From assembly GCA_963664195.1 (NCBI GenBank), contig OY760907.1, positions 608,001-672,000 on the forward strand: a stretch of 64,000 nucleotides of DNA, written 5' to 3'. Under the pieces are notes generated by a model, which worked only from the letters and a program-made list of their open reading frames with translations, had not been told where the DNA came from and made no database searches. The position numbers and the translations under genes were made by a program. This document shows, in pieces, positions 61,262-64,000 of the stretch. The DNA is from an uncultured candidate division Zixibacteria bacterium (lineage in GTDB: Bacteria; Zixibacteria; MSB-5A5; GN15; FEB-12). Position 1 is the first letter of the stretch; each line of letters opens with the position of its first letter.

Positions 61262-62443
61262 ATGAACAAGTGCCTCGTAAAAGCGAGCATCGTGCTGGCA
61301 ATCGCACTGCTTCTGACCGCAGGCGTTATGGCCGACGACAAACCGTCGCTGGAACTTGATTGGTATGGCTACGTGAAGGCTGACGCGTCGTACGATCAGA
61401 ACCTGACCAGCCACGGAAATTTCGCCATGTGGGTAAAACCGCTTCAGACGGCGGATGATGATGCCCAGTTCAATATGACTGCTAACCAGACTCGTCTCGG
61501 CATAAACGCCTCCGGCAAGGGATACGAAAAAGTTGGTATCAGCGGCAAGGTCGAGTTCGATCTATACGGCGGTGTCACCGGCGCCACCGTGGCCCAGAAT
61601 AAGGCGATGCTACAGCTTCGCCACGCTTATTTCACCGTAAAATCGGGCGACTTCCAATTGCTAGCCGGTCAGTCCTGGGATCTTATCTCACCGCTGAACC
61701 CGTCCACTTTGAACTACCCGGTCCTCTGGGGCTGCGGCAACGCGCAGTACCGTCGCCCGCAGGTAAGTATGTTCTACACGCTGCATCCGGGAACACAGAC
61801 CAACGCCACGCTCGCCGGCGGTTTCTTCCGCACTATCGGCAATGACCTGACCCCGACACTCAGTCTGGCCACCGAAGTCGCGGATGCGACTGATGACGGC
61901 ACTGATGCCGCTATCCCGACTTTCCAGGGTCGCCTGGATGTCACGCACAAGTTCTCCTCCGGCGCCAAACTGCGGTTTGGTATCTCCGGACTCTACGGCA
62001 AGATGGAGGCCGACGGCAGCCTGGGGACCAGCGAAGAGTATGAAAGCTCCGGCGTGTTTGGCCATTTCATGCTGTCCTTCGCTCAGGGCTTCGGCGTCTC
62101 CGGTGAAGCTTTCACCGGCTCGAACCTCGGCGGTTACTTTGGCGGTATCGCCAATGCCAGCCGTATCGACGGTCTCGATGCCACTGGCGGATGGGCCTCA
62201 CTCTGGGTCTCCCCGCACAAGAAAGTCAAGTTCACCGGCGGCTTTGGCATCGACGATCCTGACGATGCTGACCTGAGTGCCGGTGCGCGTGGCAAGAACA
62301 GTTGCTACTTCGGAAACGTAAATTACGCTATTGTTCCGCAAGTGTCATTCGGTGTTGAGCTGTCGCAGTGGAAAACCGAATACGTGGAAGGTGACGCGGC
62401 TGAATCCCTCAGGGCGCAGTCGTCGTTCACTCTGAGCTTCTAG
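61262..62443 (+). CDS. Outer-membrane porin (DcaP-like beta-barrel)
   Basis: Signal peptide; YGYVKAD, QTRLG, LRHAY, LAGQSW; C-terminal Phe. Confidence 0.75.
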   Translation: MNKCLVKASIVLAIALLLTAGVMADDKPSLELDWYGYVKADASYDQNLTSHGNFAMWVKPLQTADDDAQFNMTANQTRLGINASGKGYEKVGISGKVEFDLYGGVTGATVAQNKAMLQLRHAYFTVKSGDFQLLAGQSWDLISPLNPSTLNYPVLWGCGNAQYRRPQVSMFYTLHPGTQTNATLAGGFFRTIGNDLTPTLSLATEVADATDDGTDAAIPTFQGRLDVTHKFSSGAKLRFGISGLYGKMEADGSLGTSEEYESSGVFGHFMLSFAQGFGVSGEAFTGSNLGGYFGGIANASRIDGLDATGGWASLWVSPHKKVKFTGGFGIDDPDDADLSAGARGKNSCYFGNVNYAIVPQVSFGVELSQWKTEYVEGDAAESLRAQSSFTLSF

Positions 62444-62461
62444 TTTACGCTCAAGTTCTAT

Positions 62462-62502
62462 CCGGTCATCGTTCTCATGAGTTCGGTGGCCGGTTTTTTT
62501 TT
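62462..62502 (+). terminator. Rho-independent terminator
   Basis: CCGGTCATCG...CGGTGGCCGG followed by a long T run. Confidence 0.75.
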
Positions 62503-62615
62503 GCTGCCTTCCTCACGAGGCGAACCTCCCCCCTGGCAATCATGATTCTCCAATACGGGCTGCGACACAACACAATCCCGGTCAACCACTTGGTGAGCAT
62601 CGACCCACATTTCGG

Positions 62616-62644
62616 TTGACTTTCGAGACCCGGATGACTATGTT
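62616..62644 (+). promoter_or_regulatory. Sigma70 promoter of the RRM gene
   Basis: TTGACT-17bp-TATGTT. Confidence 0.55.
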
Positions 62645-62825
62645 ACCTGCGATAATGTTACACCTGTTTATGTGATCATCAAGATTTGCTCTATCACAAC
62701 CAATTCTTTGACAATCATTTTTCGGGACAAAGTGCGCCTATGAGCGCAGCAACGAGTTTATTCGGGTACGCTATTTCCGTACGGGTGCGGGTTCTGCTGA
62801 CCGATAAACACATTCTGGAGGTAGA

Positions 62826-63104
62826 ATGAATATCTACGTCGGCAACTTACCGTTTAGCGCCACGGACGAAGAGCTCCGTGATGCTTTCTCCGCGCATGGA
62901 GAAGTAACCCGAGTCAACATCATCAAAGACAAGTTCTCTGGTGAATCCCGCGGTTTCGGCTTTGTCGAAATGGCGCAGCAGGACGAGGGCGAGGCAGCCA
63001 TCGCAGCCCTGAACGGCACCGAGCTGGGCGGACGCACGTTGAACATCAACGTTGCCCGCGAGCGCGAGAACCGTGGTGGCGGCGGCGGACGCGGCCGTTA
63101 CTAG
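62826..63104 (+). CDS. RRM (RNP-1) RNA-binding protein
   Basis: IYVGNL (RNP2), RGFGFVEM (RNP1), Gly-rich tail. Confidence 0.95.
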   Translation: MNIYVGNLPFSATDEELRDAFSAHGEVTRVNIIKDKFSGESRGFGFVEMAQQDEGEAAIAALNGTELGGRTLNINVARERENRGGGGGRGRY

Positions 63105-63125
63105 TCGCTAATGCAATTCAAACAC

Positions 63126-63156
63126 AAGAGGGACGCCTTACCGGCGTCCCTTTCTT
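63126..63156. terminator. Bidirectional terminator
   Basis: AGGGACGCC-TTACC-GGCGTCCCT with A/T-rich flanks. Confidence 0.8.
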
Positions 63157-63176
63157 ATTCCTACTACCGGGATATG

Positions 63177-63842
63177 CTACACGTCGTTGCCCCGGTGGCG
63201 GACAATGTCGCCCTCTACCATGTATATCACGTCCTCCGCGATATTGGTCGCGTGGTCCCCGATCCGTTCAAGATTCCTCGACACACTCAACAGGTTCAGC
63301 AGATACTCGACCGCGTCCGGCTGTTCGGCAATCTTCTCCCGTACCGCCGTGAAGGCCTGGGCCCGCAAGTCATCGAGATCGTCATCTTCGATTAATACCC
63401 TGCGCGCTATCTGCGGATCCATCGCCACGAGGGCATCGGAAGACCGTCTGACCATGTCGACTGCCAACCGAAGCATTTCGGCCAGATCGAACGGCACCGG
63501 TACGCGTTTGTGAGTGCGTCCCAGAGCCGCCGCACGCTGGGAGATGTTCACGGCAAGATCGCCGATGCGTTCCAGATCGTTGTTGATCTTCAGCACGGCA
63601 ATGATGAAACGCAAGTCGATAGCGACCGGCTGGTAGAGCGCGAGAATCTTGAGGACTTCCTCCTCCACCTCGACCTCGTACTGATCGATCTCGTCATCCT
63701 TTGCGACCACGGCTGCGGCCAGGTCAACGTCTCGCTCAGTGATTGCCTTGACGGCTGCGCGAAGGTTCTCCTCGACCATGGCGGTCAGGTGAAGAATCAT
63801 TTTCTTCAGCCGTTCGGTCTGCATGTGATATCGTTTGGTCAT
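63177..63842 (-). CDS. phoU: Phosphate signalling complex protein PhoU
   Basis: QPVAIDLR, NDLERIGDLA, LERIGDHATNIAE. Confidence 0.95.
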   Translation of the reverse strand: MTKRYHMQTERLKKMILHLTAMVEENLRAAVKAITERDVDLAAAVVAKDDEIDQYEVEVEEEVLKILALYQPVAIDLRFIIAVLKINNDLERIGDLAVNISQRAAALGRTHKRVPVPFDLAEMLRLAVDMVRRSSDALVAMDPQIARRVLIEDDDLDDLRAQAFTAVREKIAEQPDAVEYLLNLLSVSRNLERIGDHATNIAEDVIYMVEGDIVRHRGNDV

Positions 63843-63855
63843 ATTCGTATGTTCC

Positions 63856-64000
63856 TCATCCAAACCGTCCGGTGATATAATCCTCAGTTCGTTTCTGATC
63901 GGGTTTGGTGAAAATCTTGTTGGTTGGACCGACTTCAATGAGCTTGCCCTCGTAGAAGAACGCGGTGTTGTCGGCCACACGCCCGGCCTGTTGCATGTTG
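63856..64000 (-). CDS. pstB: Phosphate ABC transporter ATPase PstB, 3' end (continues beyond the window)
   Basis: Hand translation [47 protein letters not shown]; not in the ORF track. Confidence 0.93.
   Translation of the reverse strand, partial: NMQQAGRVADNTAFFYEGKLIEVGPTNKIFTKPDQKRTEDYITGRFG

Overview
A GC-rich bacterial chromosomal window. The gene content is compatible with an FCB-group lineage such as Zixibacteria, but that is a tentative guess. Left part (1-33.7 kb), mostly core genes: end of an M16 peptidase; a Na/Pi cotransporter plus PhoU-domain gene behind an 11-bp direct repeat; a DUF502 / PTS-IIA-CBS / Na-Ca exchanger operon; an 11-subunit complex I-like operon (nuoABCDHIJKLMN, no nuoEFG); ahpC, ridA, an HD-GYP gene, secreted proteins, mfd, motAB, a CPA2 antiporter and initiator tRNA-Met. 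After the tRNA (33.7-61 kb) is an accessory region: a low-GC TIR/NDT-like ORF, a metzincin-motif gene flanked by a decayed copy of the apt 3' end, hemerythrin plus FIST(NosP) and a hybrid kinase, a YD-like lipoprotein, MarR plus S41 protease, a sensor-kinase pseudogene, and an MFP-ABC cluster with a sigma54 two-component system. Several deletion scars lie in this region. The window ends with a porin, an RRM protein, phoU and the 3' end of pstB. The most notable observation is a 26-residue duplication in the NuoL lateral helix, the signature of '2M' complex I, in an operon with only one nuoM. Recurrent sigma28-, sigma54- and ECF-type promoter motifs outline candidate regulons. All calls come from reading the sequence by eye; no database searches were run.
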